A stretch of 51,154 nt of DNA from an uncultured Candidatus Peribacteria bacterium (GTDB lineage Bacteria; Patescibacteriota; Gracilibacteria; UBA4473): positions 1 through 51,154 of the forward strand of contig CAZEON010000002.1 in NCBI GenBank assembly GCA_964513975.1, in the 5' to 3' direction. The notes under the pieces were generated by a model. That model was not told the DNA's origin, made no database searches, and was given only the letters and a program-made list of their open reading frames with translations. Positions 26,946 through 36,075 of the stretch are shown piece by piece. Position 1 is the first letter of the stretch; each line of letters starts with the position of its first letter. A program made the position numbers and the translations under genes.

Positions 26946-27126
26946 GAGACAGTTAACAGTTTATAGCTTTTATTGAGTAGTTAAAGTTAAAGAGTTCCCC
27001 TTCTTTTGTCATTCCGGGCTTGTTCCGGAATCAGACCTTTTGTTTCAGAACTTGCTACACTCTTACAAACAATAATTTTGGGACGCTTGATCCTGAAATA
27101 AATTCAGGATGACAATTCAAAAAATA

Positions 27127-27228
27127 TTACAGGCTCAATGCTCCATGTGGAGTAAGTGCCGCCCACGCCACCACCAATCCTGCGATGGCAGCGAAGGCAA
27201 CAACAATTTTTAAAATTAATTTTTTCAT
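27127..27228 (-). CDS. hypothetical 33-aa hydrophobic peptide
   Basis: Hand-translated sequence MKKLILKIVVAFAAIAGLVVAWAALTPHGALSL. Its ATG overlaps the TAA of the upstream DUF4349 gene (TAATG). It is below the track cutoff. Confidence 0.3.
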   Translation of the reverse strand: MKKLILKIVVAFAAIAGLVVAWAALTPHGALSL

Positions 27229-28232
27229 TATTTTTTCTTTTTTGTGGCTTTCTTTTTATCAACAAATTTTACTTTCAAAATCCAAAGAACGATCAATGCT
27301 GGCACCCAAAGTGGGATGTAAGCAATAACCTTAATGAGTTTGTCAGCAAGATCGTGTGCGCTTCCGATTAAATCATTGATTGCCATTCTCCATGATTTTG
27401 TGAATGTCCAGTGTGGATCAGAGATATCTCCGATTTGTGTTTCTGGCATGAGAGAGAGATTGAGTGTTGAATGACTCACGTTTACGTCTCGTCGTGATTG
27501 CATTCGTTCAAGGTTCTCAATCTGGTTCTGTACACTTGAAAGTTCTCGATCAACAGCGAGTACATCGCCAAGATCTTTTGTTTCTCGATCCATCAATTCT
27601 CTGAGTCGATCTCGTCGAGATTTTAAATTCTTCAATTGATTCTCAGTATCTGAGTACTGAGCTGTAATATCGTTTGTAGAAATGTTTTCAGATTTCTTCA
27701 CTCCGAGGAAAGCAAGTTTTTCCATCGCTTCATCGAGCTTGTCAAAAGGAACGCGAACCGTGAAGTTGTAAGATAAAACACCAGGGCGAACTTCCCAAGA
27801 ATTCATGTTTGTAATTTCTCCTTTGAGCGTAGCGATTTGTGCTTCTGCTTCGCCTCGAGCTTTTTCAGTATCGGCTACTTCAACAGAAATACTTCCGTTT
27901 TTAATAATTTTTCGATCTTCGGCATTTGGAACGTATCCGTTATTTGTTTCTGCGAAATATCCACCACCACTTCGACCTGCCATCATCATTTTTGGGGCAC
28001 GTGCCATATCCATATCCATGGTCATGCTTTCTTCCATCATACCTCCACGATCATATGAAGTGGCGAAATGATGCACGTTATTATTTCCAAAAAGCCACCA
28101 TCCAGCGCAAAGAACGACGATGATAACGAGGAAATGTTTGAGAACAAATTTGTTTAAAGACGACCATAAAATTTTCATTTTTTGAGGGTTAAAAAATCGC
28201 TTTAAAGGTACGTGTTGAGAAAGATTCGTCAA
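27228..28232 (-). CDS. DUF4349-like membrane-anchored protein
   Basis: N-terminal TM helix, a central coiled-coil region (ENQLKNLKSRRDRLRELM, SVQNQIENLE) and a C-terminal TM helix with a Lys tail. The architecture matches my recollection of DUF4349. Confidence 0.55.
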   Translation of the reverse strand: MTNLSQHVPLKRFFNPQKMKILWSSLNKFVLKHFLVIIVVLCAGWWLFGNNNVHHFATSYDRGGMMEESMTMDMDMARAPKMMMAGRSGGGYFAETNNGYVPNAEDRKIIKNGSISVEVADTEKARGEAEAQIATLKGEITNMNSWEVRPGVLSYNFTVRVPFDKLDEAMEKLAFLGVKKSENISTNDITAQYSDTENQLKNLKSRRDRLRELMDRETKDLGDVLAVDRELSSVQNQIENLERMQSRRDVNVSHSTLNLSLMPETQIGDISDPHWTFTKSWRMAINDLIGSAHDLADKLIKVIAYIPLWVPALIVLWILKVKFVDKKKATKKKK

Positions 28233-28339
28233 GAGTAAGTATCCACCGGTAAAACCGGTAGTCTTAATGGGAATCCGCCTAGAAGGTCACCAACCTACCA
28301 AATAAAATCTAATTGATCACCATCTCCTCGACGATCTTT

Positions 28340-28720
28340 TTACCATTGATTCCGAATGTACTTTTTTATTCGTTCCTTATCTAAACCACTCGTTCGAACA
28401 AAATATCCTCGACTCCAAAAACTTTTTTGACTTATCGTTCGTTTTTCCCTAAACTCATTATGTAGTCGAATTGCGCTTTCCCCTTTCATGAAGCCCATCA
28501 CTTCTGCTACGCTCAGCTTTGACGGGATCGAAAGCAACATGTGGACATAGTCAACACAAACTGATCCCTCTTCAATTTTTACACTCTTTTGTCCCGCCAA
28601 TTCTCGTAAAATTTCTCCTAATCTTTTTTGTACTTGTCCATACAAAATTTTTTTTCGATATTTCGGCACAATTACTATGTGGTAATCACATTTCCATATT
28701 ACGTGACTTATTTTTTCCAT
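28340..28720 (-). CDS. tnpA: IS200-type Y1 transposase TnpA (first His of the HUH motif replaced by Tyr)
   Basis: Motifs YHIVIVPKYRKKILYG, DYVHMLLSIP (normally DHVHLL), FMKGESA, FWSRGYFVRTSG, and the C-terminal catalytic Tyr helix IKKYIRNQ. Confidence 0.85.
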   Translation of the reverse strand: MEKISHVIWKCDYHIVIVPKYRKKILYGQVQKRLGEILRELAGQKSVKIEEGSVCVDYVHMLLSIPSKLSVAEVMGFMKGESAIRLHNEFREKRTISQKSFWSRGYFVRTSGLDKERIKKYIRNQW

Positions 28721-28775
28721 TTTTTTATTTAATAAAAATCCCCGCCCTAACGGGACGGGAAATTTCTAGTAGATT

Positions 28776-28923
28776 AGTAAATATCCCTGGGCTTACGCCA
28801 CAGGGCATTTCAACTGAATTCAAGCGAAGCTTGTCCTAATTTTGTTTTGGATAACAAAACTTCATTAGGATTTTTTCCATCCCTCGCCCTGACGGGACGG
28901 GGAATTTCTAGCGGATTATTAAA
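28776..28923 (+). repeat. 148-bp structured repeat unit, copy B (identical to 15257-15404)
   Basis: Exact identity with copy A. It is preceded at 28737-28779 by a degenerate copy of the unit's own 3' hairpin and tail. Confidence 0.85.
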
Positions 28924-29286
28924 GAACTACAAAATAGCGAATTCCCGCTTCTTTGTACTCTTATTGCCGGAACAGTTAAACCTTGAGGATTCCACCGGCA
29001 GAGCCGGTGGCTTACTATTTACCAGTTATTATGTTCTGTCATCCCCGTGCAAACGGGAACCCAGTTCTTTTTATTCTTAAAATTGATAATTATTTAATGT
29101 ATAAGCAGAGTGAGAGTTTTTCTCATTCTGAACGAAGTTATTCCCCTAGGAGTCACTTTCCTTCGAATGGAAAGCCCTCTAGAAGCATCGTTCTTTCACA
29201 AATAACCTGATTATTAACCATAAAATTTTGTAGTATGAAAAATTTATTAATCAACAGACGATTGTTCGTATCATTTTCCCCTTCTT

Positions 29287-29601
29287 TTGTCTGGAAAAAA
29301 AATCTATTTTCTTGCAACTTTAACCGTCCTGAGTATCCCCGTTCTCCTCACAGAATGGTGGTGGGGATTCATTGTCGTCGGAATTGTGACGATATTTGTT
29401 TTTTCTTACTGGCTTGGAAGAGTTCTTCCCGGAATATTGGGAAACCTTGCAGAAGCTTTGGGAAATGGAATTGGAATGACTCTATTTGGACCAGGAGGTC
29501 CATTTGCCCCTGATTCTCCTGATGGCCTCGGATATGCAATTGGGTCCTTATTCTCCCCCAATGTCATAAAACCAGAAAAAAATGTCATGCCAGAAGGATA
29601 A
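29287..29601 (+). CDS. hypothetical small membrane protein (104 aa, TTG start)
   Basis: Two clear hydrophobic helices and a Gly/Pro-rich tail. It is preferred over the overlapping 29235..29513 frame on composition. Confidence 0.35.
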   Translation: MSGKKIYFLATLTVLSIPVLLTEWWWGFIVVGIVTIFVFSYWLGRVLPGILGNLAEALGNGIGMTLFGPGGPFAPDSPDGLGYAIGSLFSPNVIKPEKNVMPEG

Positions 29602-29681
29602 GACGCTTCTATTATTGAATGCCCTATTTATGCTTGTATTATACTTGCATAAATAGGGTTTCTTTTTTATGTTCCACACCG

Positions 29682-30698
29682 ATGAAAATCCTCGCCTTTG
29701 AAACCTCTTGTGATGATACCGCCGTGGCGGTAGTGGAGGATGGTGTGAAAGTACTCGCGAATGTCAGACAAACGCAAACCGAGCATCACGAGTACGGAGG
29801 AGTGGTTCCTGAAATCGCTGCCCGACTGCATGCGGAGAACTGGAGAGCCGTACTCAAACAATGTTTGAATGAAGCGAATGTAACCATTGAAGATATCGAT
29901 GCGATTGCCGTAACGCAAGGACCTGGATTACAAACTTCGTTATTAACAGGAACGACCGCAACGAGTTTCTTGTCGTTGATGAAGAATAAACCCCTCATCC
30001 CTGTCCATCATATTCTTGGACACATGGCGTCAGTCGCGCTCGATCGTGAAGTGAAAGATTTTGAGTTTCCAGCACTTACCTTTACCGCGTCAGGGGGACA
30101 CTCTGATTTTTATATTTGTGAAAATTTCACAGATGTCCAAAAGGTCGGACAGACTATTGATGATGCTTTGGGCGAGGCATTTGATAAGTGTGCCAAGATG
30201 CTCGGACTCGGATACCCAGGAGGACCGATTGTTTCTGAGTTAGCGGAAACGGGTGATCCAACCACGTTTGCTTTTCCAGTGATTATGCTCGAACCCGATT
30301 CTCTAAATTTTTCTTTCTCTGGACTCAAGGCAGCCATTTATAGAACCATTGAAGCGTGCGAAGATCCAACTGACGAAACGTTTATCGCAAATGTTTGTGC
30401 GAGTTTCCAAGAAACAGTTGTAAAAACCTGTGTGAAGAAACTTGAACGAGCGTTTGAGAAACATCCTGAGGTGAAATCGTTTCACTTCGTGGGAGGCGTG
30501 TCGGCGAATAAACAACTTCGGGAAGCGCTGAAACAAGTATGTAATGAATGGGAAAAGAAATTTTTCACAACAAATAAATTTGAATATTCCACCGATAACG
30601 CGGCAATGATTGGAAGTGTCGCGTATTTTTTGTATGAGAAAAATCCAGAGATCGCAAAAATACAGTTTATAGATGCAAATCCTCGATTGGTAATCTAA
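29682..30698 (+). CDS. tsaD: tRNA N6-adenosine threonylcarbamoyltransferase
   Basis: N-terminus MKILAFETSCDDTAVAVV, the metal-binding motif VHHILGH and GYPGGP. The start is set at the ATG at 29682. Confidence 0.9.
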   Translation: MKILAFETSCDDTAVAVVEDGVKVLANVRQTQTEHHEYGGVVPEIAARLHAENWRAVLKQCLNEANVTIEDIDAIAVTQGPGLQTSLLTGTTATSFLSLMKNKPLIPVHHILGHMASVALDREVKDFEFPALTFTASGGHSDFYICENFTDVQKVGQTIDDALGEAFDKCAKMLGLGYPGGPIVSELAETGDPTTFAFPVIMLEPDSLNFSFSGLKAAIYRTIEACEDPTDETFIANVCASFQETVVKTCVKKLERAFEKHPEVKSFHFVGGVSANKQLREALKQVCNEWEKKFFTTNKFEYSTDNAAMIGSVAYFLYEKNPEIAKIQFIDANPRLVI

Positions 30699-30830
30699 CC
30701 TCTCCTTATCATTCCGAGCGTAGCCAAGGAATCCCTTCCTTGGCACAAGATAAAATAAAACGATTTCTCCACTTCGGTCGAAATGACAATAAAAAAATGG
30801 AAAATTGACAATTGGCAATCGAAAATTCTG

Positions 30831-31091
30831 TTACATCAACTTCAACAGCAACTCGACCGATATATTTCTCACAACGGCAAGAAGGATAATGAGAAGAATC
30901 GGTGAAAAATCGAACATCCCAATCCGCGCCCAGCGAAAAGGACGAAGGAGTGGAACAACAATCTGATCAAGCATCATTCCAAGTTTGCTTTTCTTTTCTG
31001 AAAACCATGACAACACAACACTTATAAATACTGCCCAAAACAAAAGTTGTGACAATATGGAAACAAAAGAAATCAGAAATTTTATAATCAT
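30831..31091 (-). CDS. yggT: YggT family membrane protein
   Basis: 86 aa with two TM segments and YggT-like regions (VVLSWF...LLRPFR). Confidence 0.65.
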   Translation of the reverse strand: MIIKFLISFVSILSQLLFWAVFISVVLSWFSEKKSKLGMMLDQIVVPLLRPFRWARIGMFDFSPILLIILLAVVRNISVELLLKLM

Positions 31092-31420
31092 CGAATACCG
31101 TTTTGCGGTGTATAGAGTTTAATCGCATCAAGCACTTCTTCGAAGTATTGCCCAATGAGTGGGAAATCTACCATCTTTGTCAAAAACCATACCAAGAGAG
31201 CCACTACCACGGTCATTCCTATCAAGATCCCAAGCCCTCGGAACACTCCTGCCCAGAAATTAATCCACATGATACGCCATGGAGAACGAAGATATCTGAC
31301 GAAGTCTGAGAATCCAGCTCCATCGAGAACCTGCTTCAGTTTGTGAAACTCTTTTTGAGCCACTTCTATATCCTTTGAGTTTTGAGGCGCCTTTTTGAAA
31401 GCTTTCATAATTTTATTCAC
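31088..31420 (-). CDS. hypothetical membrane protein (DUF5665-like)
   Basis: 110 aa with a charged N-terminus followed by NFWAGVFRGLGILIGMTVVVALLVW. It overlaps the yggT start by 4 bp. The family assignment is from memory only. Confidence 0.45.
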   Translation of the reverse strand: MNKIMKAFKKAPQNSKDIEVAQKEFHKLKQVLDGAGFSDFVRYLRSPWRIMWINFWAGVFRGLGILIGMTVVVALLVWFLTKMVDFPLIGQYFEEVLDAIKLYTPQNGIR

Positions 31421-31462
31421 GATGTAATTTTAATTTTTTCACTAAAAAAGTAAACTCCTTCC

Positions 31463-33277
31463 GTGAAAACAAAAGAAAAAAAGTTTTCGTTTCGATCTGC
31501 AAAGATTCCAACCGATCCTGGTTGTTATTTATTTTGGGATAAAAATGAGCAACTCTTGTACGTCGGAAAAGCAAAGCATTTACGAAAACGCGTATCGAGC
31601 TACTTTGGAAAAAAGCCAACTTCCCCTCGTATAGAGTTGATGACGTCAAAAATCGCGAAGATTGAAACGCGTACGGTGGGATCAGATATGGAGGCTCTGA
31701 TTTTGGAGAACAATCTGATTAAAGAATTCCAACCGCGGTTTAATGTTCGACTCAAAGACGATAAAAATTTCGTATATTTGCAAATAACGAATGAAGATTT
31801 TCCGAAAATGGAGATCACTCGTCGGCTAGTTCGAGATGGAAGTACCTACATCGGACCCAAAACTTCAACGAAAGAATTCCGAGAAACCGTTCGATTTTGT
31901 CAGAAGTTCTTTCGAATAAAGATGACCAAGTCGTCGCTCGATTATTATCCCCTTGTTATCACCGGAGGACTGGAGAATGACCAAGAATCGTACAACAAAA
32001 ACGTAAAAATGATGACGCAATTTCTTCGCGGACAAACGGGCGAAGTTTTGAAAATTTTGACGGAAAAAATGAAGAAGTTTGCTGTGGAAAAAAACTTTGA
32101 AGCGGCCGCAAAAACACGAGATACCATTCAATCGATTGAAGCGTCTACACGGAAGCAAACCGTTCAGTTTGATGACGATATTAATCGCGATTTCGTACAT
32201 TTCGTCAGGCACGAGAACGCCGTCTATATCGTGCGTATTGCTTTTCGACGAGGGAAACTATTGGATCAAAATGAGTTCAGTTTTCGCGCTGAAGAATTCA
32301 TTTCTGATCAAGAAATTTTGGAGTCTTTCCTTCTTCAGTTTTATGAAAAAGTACAAGAAATGCCGTCTGAAATTTTTGTTCCCGTCCAATTGGACGATGC
32401 CGAAAAAACAGCTCAATTTTTGTCTGAACATTTCGGAAATAATGAAAAAATGACCATTCTCATTCCCCAACGCGGAGAGAAGAAAATCGTTCTCGATATG
32501 ACCGGAAAAAATGCAAAACTTTTTACTGAACGAAAATTAATAAAGGAAGAATCTCACGCTCAGAATTTTGCAAAAGCCCTCCCTCGACTCGCAGAAACGT
32601 TGAATCTGAAAGAGGTTCCCCGTCGTATGGAATGCTTTGATATTTCGCATTTGGGCGGAACTTCAACGGTTGCGAGCCAAGTAGTTTTCATCAACGGAGA
32701 ACCCAAGAAATCAGAATACCGACGATTCACCGTCAAAACATTACTCGATGGACAAATAGATGATTTTGCGGCTATGAACGAGATTCTTGCTCGTCGATTC
32801 GCACGAAAAGATGACAAAAAGTTCGCAGAGAAATTCCCCGATCTTATCGTGATTGATGGCGGAAAAGGACAGCTCTCAAGCGTGATGAAGGCAGTAACGA
32901 GATTTTCGAAAGCGAAATCTTTTCCAAAAAACTTCCGACCAACGAAACAAATTATTGCGTTGGCAAAACGAGAAGAAGAAATTTTTCTGCCCAATAAAAA
33001 AGAACCCATCGAACTTCCCTTTGATGATCCAGCGTTGAAATTGTTGCAACGAATTCGAGACGAAGCGCATCGATTTGCAATTTCATTTCATCGTTCTGTT
33101 AGAGATAAAAAAGCCATTAAGTCTGTTCTTGATGATATTCCGCTCATTGGAGGATTAACAAAAAAGAAACTATTGCAAACGTTTAGGTCTGTGGGAGAAA
33201 TCAAAAAGATGAGTGATAAGGATTTACTTACTGTACTGAATAAAAAACAGTTAGAGAATTTGAAGAAGAATTTATAG
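31463..33277 (+). CDS. uvrC: excinuclease ABC subunit C
   Basis: GIY-YIG N-terminus (PGCYLFWDKNEQLLYVGKAKHLRKRVSSYF), a UVR domain, and an Endo V-like region with a C-terminal HhH. It uses a GTG start. Confidence 0.92.
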   Translation: MKTKEKKFSFRSAKIPTDPGCYLFWDKNEQLLYVGKAKHLRKRVSSYFGKKPTSPRIELMTSKIAKIETRTVGSDMEALILENNLIKEFQPRFNVRLKDDKNFVYLQITNEDFPKMEITRRLVRDGSTYIGPKTSTKEFRETVRFCQKFFRIKMTKSSLDYYPLVITGGLENDQESYNKNVKMMTQFLRGQTGEVLKILTEKMKKFAVEKNFEAAAKTRDTIQSIEASTRKQTVQFDDDINRDFVHFVRHENAVYIVRIAFRRGKLLDQNEFSFRAEEFISDQEILESFLLQFYEKVQEMPSEIFVPVQLDDAEKTAQFLSEHFGNNEKMTILIPQRGEKKIVLDMTGKNAKLFTERKLIKEESHAQNFAKALPRLAETLNLKEVPRRMECFDISHLGGTSTVASQVVFINGEPKKSEYRRFTVKTLLDGQIDDFAAMNEILARRFARKDDKKFAEKFPDLIVIDGGKGQLSSVMKAVTRFSKAKSFPKNFRPTKQIIALAKREEEIFLPNKKEPIELPFDDPALKLLQRIRDEAHRFAISFHRSVRDKKAIKSVLDDIPLIGGLTKKKLLQTFRSVGEIKKMSDKDLLTVLNKKQLENLKKNL

Positions 33278-33389
33278 AATTTTCAATTTTCCATTTTCAA
33301 TTGTCGATTTTAAAACTTCCAAATTTGTCGACTTTTCGGTTCTAAACTCTAACTCTCTGACTTTTCAATTGAAAATTGGCAATTGAAAA

Positions 33390-33788
33390 TTACAACCCCC
33401 CGCTCCCTGAAAAATCCTCCATCCCAATATCTTCGATATGCTCGCAGTACGTTCCGTCTTTTTTTAAATGCACAATAACCGCATCCACACGGAAGAACGG
33501 CAATTCTTCGACACACATTTCTTTGAGAAAAAAAGCTTCAATGGCGGTCAGAATCTTTTCAAATTTCCTCTGCGTAATGGATTCTTCCCCGTAACCAAAT
33601 GCCTCATTGGTTCTCGTTTTCACTTCCACAAACACATATTCATCGTTCTGCGGATCTTTAAGAATAATATCTAATTCTCCCCCTTGAGCGTGATAATTTT
33701 TTTGCAAAAATTCAAATCCTTTGCGTTCCAAAAACTCCCGGGCGATTTCTTCACCTCGGTCTCCGATCTGTTTTTCCTTGGTCATCAC
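33390..33788 (-). CDS. yraN: YraN family (UPF0102) endonuclease-like protein
   Basis: Motifs GDRGEEIAREFLERKGFEFL, GGELDII and VFVEVKTR, which form a PD-(D/E)xK-like core. Confidence 0.8.
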   Translation of the reverse strand: MMTKEKQIGDRGEEIAREFLERKGFEFLQKNYHAQGGELDIILKDPQNDEYVFVEVKTRTNEAFGYGEESITQRKFEKILTAIEAFFLKEMCVEELPFFRVDAVIVHLKKDGTYCEHIEDIGMEDFSGSGGL

Positions 33789-33796
33789 AAGGGATG

Positions 33797-34384
33797 TTAA
33801 GAACCCGGAGTGGTTTGTGACAGAATGATCTCCTCTGCTTCCTGAGCCATTTTATCTATCTCACCATGCTCCGACACCACAGTATAATCATAGTATTTTT
33901 CTTGTGCCAATTCTTTTTTCATCGATTCGATTCGTTTTGCTAATTCAATGTCTGCAATCGGGGCTCTGTCGCGTATTCGTTGGATGAGTGTTTCAATTCC
34001 GTCCCCTGGTTTGAGGAATATGGAAATATACAGTTCTTTGGGCAAAGTCTCACGTGCTTGTGAAAATCCCTGCACATCAAATTCCCGTACTACAGTTTTT
34101 CCTTTCTCTACTCCATCGAGCAATGGTTGTCGCAGTGTTCCATAGGATTCTCCTCCGTGCACAATCGCATGTTCGAGGAATTCCCCTTCGCTTATTTTTT
34201 GTCGAAATTGCTCCTGAGAAATAAAGAAATACGTCTCTCCATCAATCTCTCCTGGACGCGGTGCACGTGTCGTACAACTCGGTGGAAACAACCATTTAGG
34301 GTGCTTATCACGCAACTGATCAATGAGCGTTCCTTTCCCTACACCCGAAGGTCCCGATATAAAAATAATTTTTCCTGTCATCAC
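33797..34384 (-). CDS. gmk: guanylate kinase
   Basis: P-loop ISGPSGVGKGT and the TTRAPRPGE motif. Confidence 0.92.
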   Translation of the reverse strand: MMTGKIIFISGPSGVGKGTLIDQLRDKHPKWLFPPSCTTRAPRPGEIDGETYFFISQEQFRQKISEGEFLEHAIVHGGESYGTLRQPLLDGVEKGKTVVREFDVQGFSQARETLPKELYISIFLKPGDGIETLIQRIRDRAPIADIELAKRIESMKKELAQEKYYDYTVVSEHGEIDKMAQEAEEIILSQTTPGS

Positions 34385-34405
34385 GAGAAGTGTACACTCA
34401 AAGCG

Positions 34406-34744
34406 ATGAAATTTGAAATTCGAGACATCGAAATTTTACTCTCTCTCGGGATAACTCCAGAAGAACGAGCAACACCTCAGCGAATTCTTGTTTCTCTCTT
34501 CTGGAACGCTGACACCGTGAAGGCAGAGCAATCCGATAATCTTGCTGATACCACTGATTACTTCGTCGTCCGAGAGTTTGTGAAACCCTTTCTTCAAGAT
34601 AAATCGTTCTCGTTGTTGGAAAAACTCCACCACGATTTATTTCAAGCAGTCCGAAATTATTTCCCCGAATTACAGGATTTAAAAATCACCATCGAGAAAT
34701 TTCCTTTCGAAAGTGGGAGCATCTTGGTAGGAAACAAACAGTGA
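34406..34744 (+). CDS. folB: dihydroneopterin aldolase
   Basis: The last 112 aa of track ORF 34127..34744, starting at MKFEIRDIEILLSLGITPEERATPQRILVSL, which is the typical FolB N-terminus. The upstream part of the ORF is antisense to gmk. Confidence 0.7.
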   Translation: MKFEIRDIEILLSLGITPEERATPQRILVSLFWNADTVKAEQSDNLADTTDYFVVREFVKPFLQDKSFSLLEKLHHDLFQAVRNYFPELQDLKITIEKFPFESGSILVGNKQ

Positions 34745-34896
34745 ACTCACAATTTTAAAGGTTAAATGTAAAAAAAATTTCAAAATCTAAATTTTAAAAC
34801 ATGTCCTCCTGAAAATGGGGATTGAAACTTAAGATTTATTTTAACCTTTTGCATTTAACATTTTACATTTTTATCTGTCCCAAATTTCAAACGCTC

Positions 34897-35373
34897 TCAC
34901 AATAAAACATACACCCCGTACCCCAGAAATATCGCAACTCCATAAGGAATCGGTACTTTGAAAGGCTTGGGAACTTTTTTCCATTTAAAATACAAACCGC
35001 TCGTAAGAGCTTGAAGTCCACCCGCAATCGCTACAAAAAATAAGATTTGAGCAAACTCCGGAATGGAGGTCGATATCGCCATAACAAGGAGCATTTTTAT
35101 ATCGCCTCCTCCCAACAACTTCAGGAAGAACGATCCCCACAAAAGAATACTCGCCAAGATCAGTGTCAATACATACACGGTTCTCTCGTCGTCTGTAAAA
35201 AAATATCCAAAGAATATCACCCCTAACAGGGCCGACATGGTAAGCCAATTTGGAATGGTGTATGTGCGTATATCCCATACGGCACCCACTCCTGCGACCA
35301 AAAGAATTGCCAGTTCCAGTCCATCAATATTCATACCATCAGTATCCCGAAATTTTAAAACTTGGGAAGTCAT
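34897..35373 (-). CDS. A24-family prepilin peptidase (TadV/CpaA-like, no methyltransferase domain)
   Basis: Both catalytic Asp regions are present (AVWDIRTYTIPN and LGGGDIKMLL). It is 158 aa, polytopic, and divergent from the flp operon. Confidence 0.8.
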   Translation of the reverse strand: MTSQVLKFRDTDGMNIDGLELAILLVAGVGAVWDIRTYTIPNWLTMSALLGVIFFGYFFTDDERTVYVLTLILASILLWGSFFLKLLGGGDIKMLLVMAISTSIPEFAQILFFVAIAGGLQALTSGLYFKWKKVPKPFKVPIPYGVAIFLGYGVYVLL

Positions 35374-35597
35374 GAAGGTTAAAAAGGGCTCATTTCTTCA
35401 CATAAATTTCACAATTGAGAGTTCACTTCTCTTGTTTGAAAACATATAAATTGTTGTCATAGATTCTAATTTCTGTGTTTCTCAAGAAAAAAGGATGAAT
35501 TCAGAAAGCAGAAACCCTCATCGCTCCATTTCATCAAAATAGTGGAATTGCCAAAAAAGCTGTGCCATCTTCTCAGTAATTCTTAACCCCCCTTTTC

Positions 35598-35759
35598 ATG
35601 AAAAAATCTTTCATCAGAATGTTCACTAACAATTCCGGTCAAACAATGACCGAATATGCCCTCATTTTGGCAGTTATTGCTGTAGTCGTAATTGGCACAG
35701 TTACACTCCTCGGAAATGATATTCAGGCCGTATTCCAAAGTGTTATTGATGCCGTCTAA
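35598..35759 (+). CDS. flp: Flp/Fap-family type IVb pilin (53 aa; not in the ORF track)
   Basis: Hand-translated sequence MKKSFIRMFTNNSGQTMTEYALILAVIAVVVIGTVTLLGNDIQAVFQSVIDAV. It carries the Flp processing motif G/QTMTEY followed by a hydrophobic helix. Confidence 0.8.
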   Translation: MKKSFIRMFTNNSGQTMTEYALILAVIAVVVIGTVTLLGNDIQAVFQSVIDAV

Positions 35760-36075
35760 TCTGTATCATCATATTCCGTGTTCTGTCGCGACTCATTGGA
35801 TAGAAAGAACTTTGGGGCTTATGGGAAAAAAACCTCCCTTTCGACCACTACTGATCCCTCAATGTTGGGGGGTTCACACATTTTTTCTCCGCACCCCGCT
35901 TTCTCTTGTCTGGCTCGATCCTTTTTCTCAGGTTGTTCGCATTGATCGTCATGTCCATCCGTGGAAAACAAAAACCTGCAAACAAGCGGTGAGTGTTTTG
36001 GAATTTTCAGATGATTGCTTTCCTGATGATATTCAACCAAAAGACACTATTCATATCTTTCCTTTAAAAAAATGA
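35749..36075 (+). CDS. DUF192 domain protein
   Basis: The start is set at MPSNLYHH. Regions A.TH..R..GLMG..., FLRTPLSLVWLD and RIDRHVHPW resemble the COG1430/DUF192 pattern. It overlaps the flp 3' end by 11 nt. Confidence 0.55.
   Translation: MPSNLYHHIPCSVATHWIERTLGLMGKKPPFRPLLIPQCWGVHTFFLRTPLSLVWLDPFSQVVRIDRHVHPWKTKTCKQAVSVLEFSDDCFPDDIQPKDTIHIFPLKK

Larger units (their letters stand above)
28235..29015. mobile_element. IS200/IS605-family (tnpA-only, IS200-like) insertion sequence; boundaries approximate
   Basis: A Y1 HUH transposase gene is flanked by the hairpins ACCGGT-AAA-ACCGGT (28245-28259) and CCACCGGC-AGA-GCCGGTGG (28992-29010). Each hairpin has TTAC/GTAA just outside it. The interior holds 1.3 tandem copies of the 148-bp unit. 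Confidence 0.55.

Noticed and set aside
28847-29080. 77-aa ORF sharing its first 26 residues (MDNKTSLGFFPSLALTGRGISSGLLK) with the Res ORF
   Set aside because: The shared residues are explained entirely by the identical 148-bp DNA repeat. Beyond the repeat the frame runs through hairpin-rich non-coding DNA. It is not a paralogous protein.
34127-34405. N-terminal 93-aa extension of the folB ORF
   Set aside because: The extension is antisense to gmk and has no FolB similarity. FolB-like sequence begins at the ATG at 34406.
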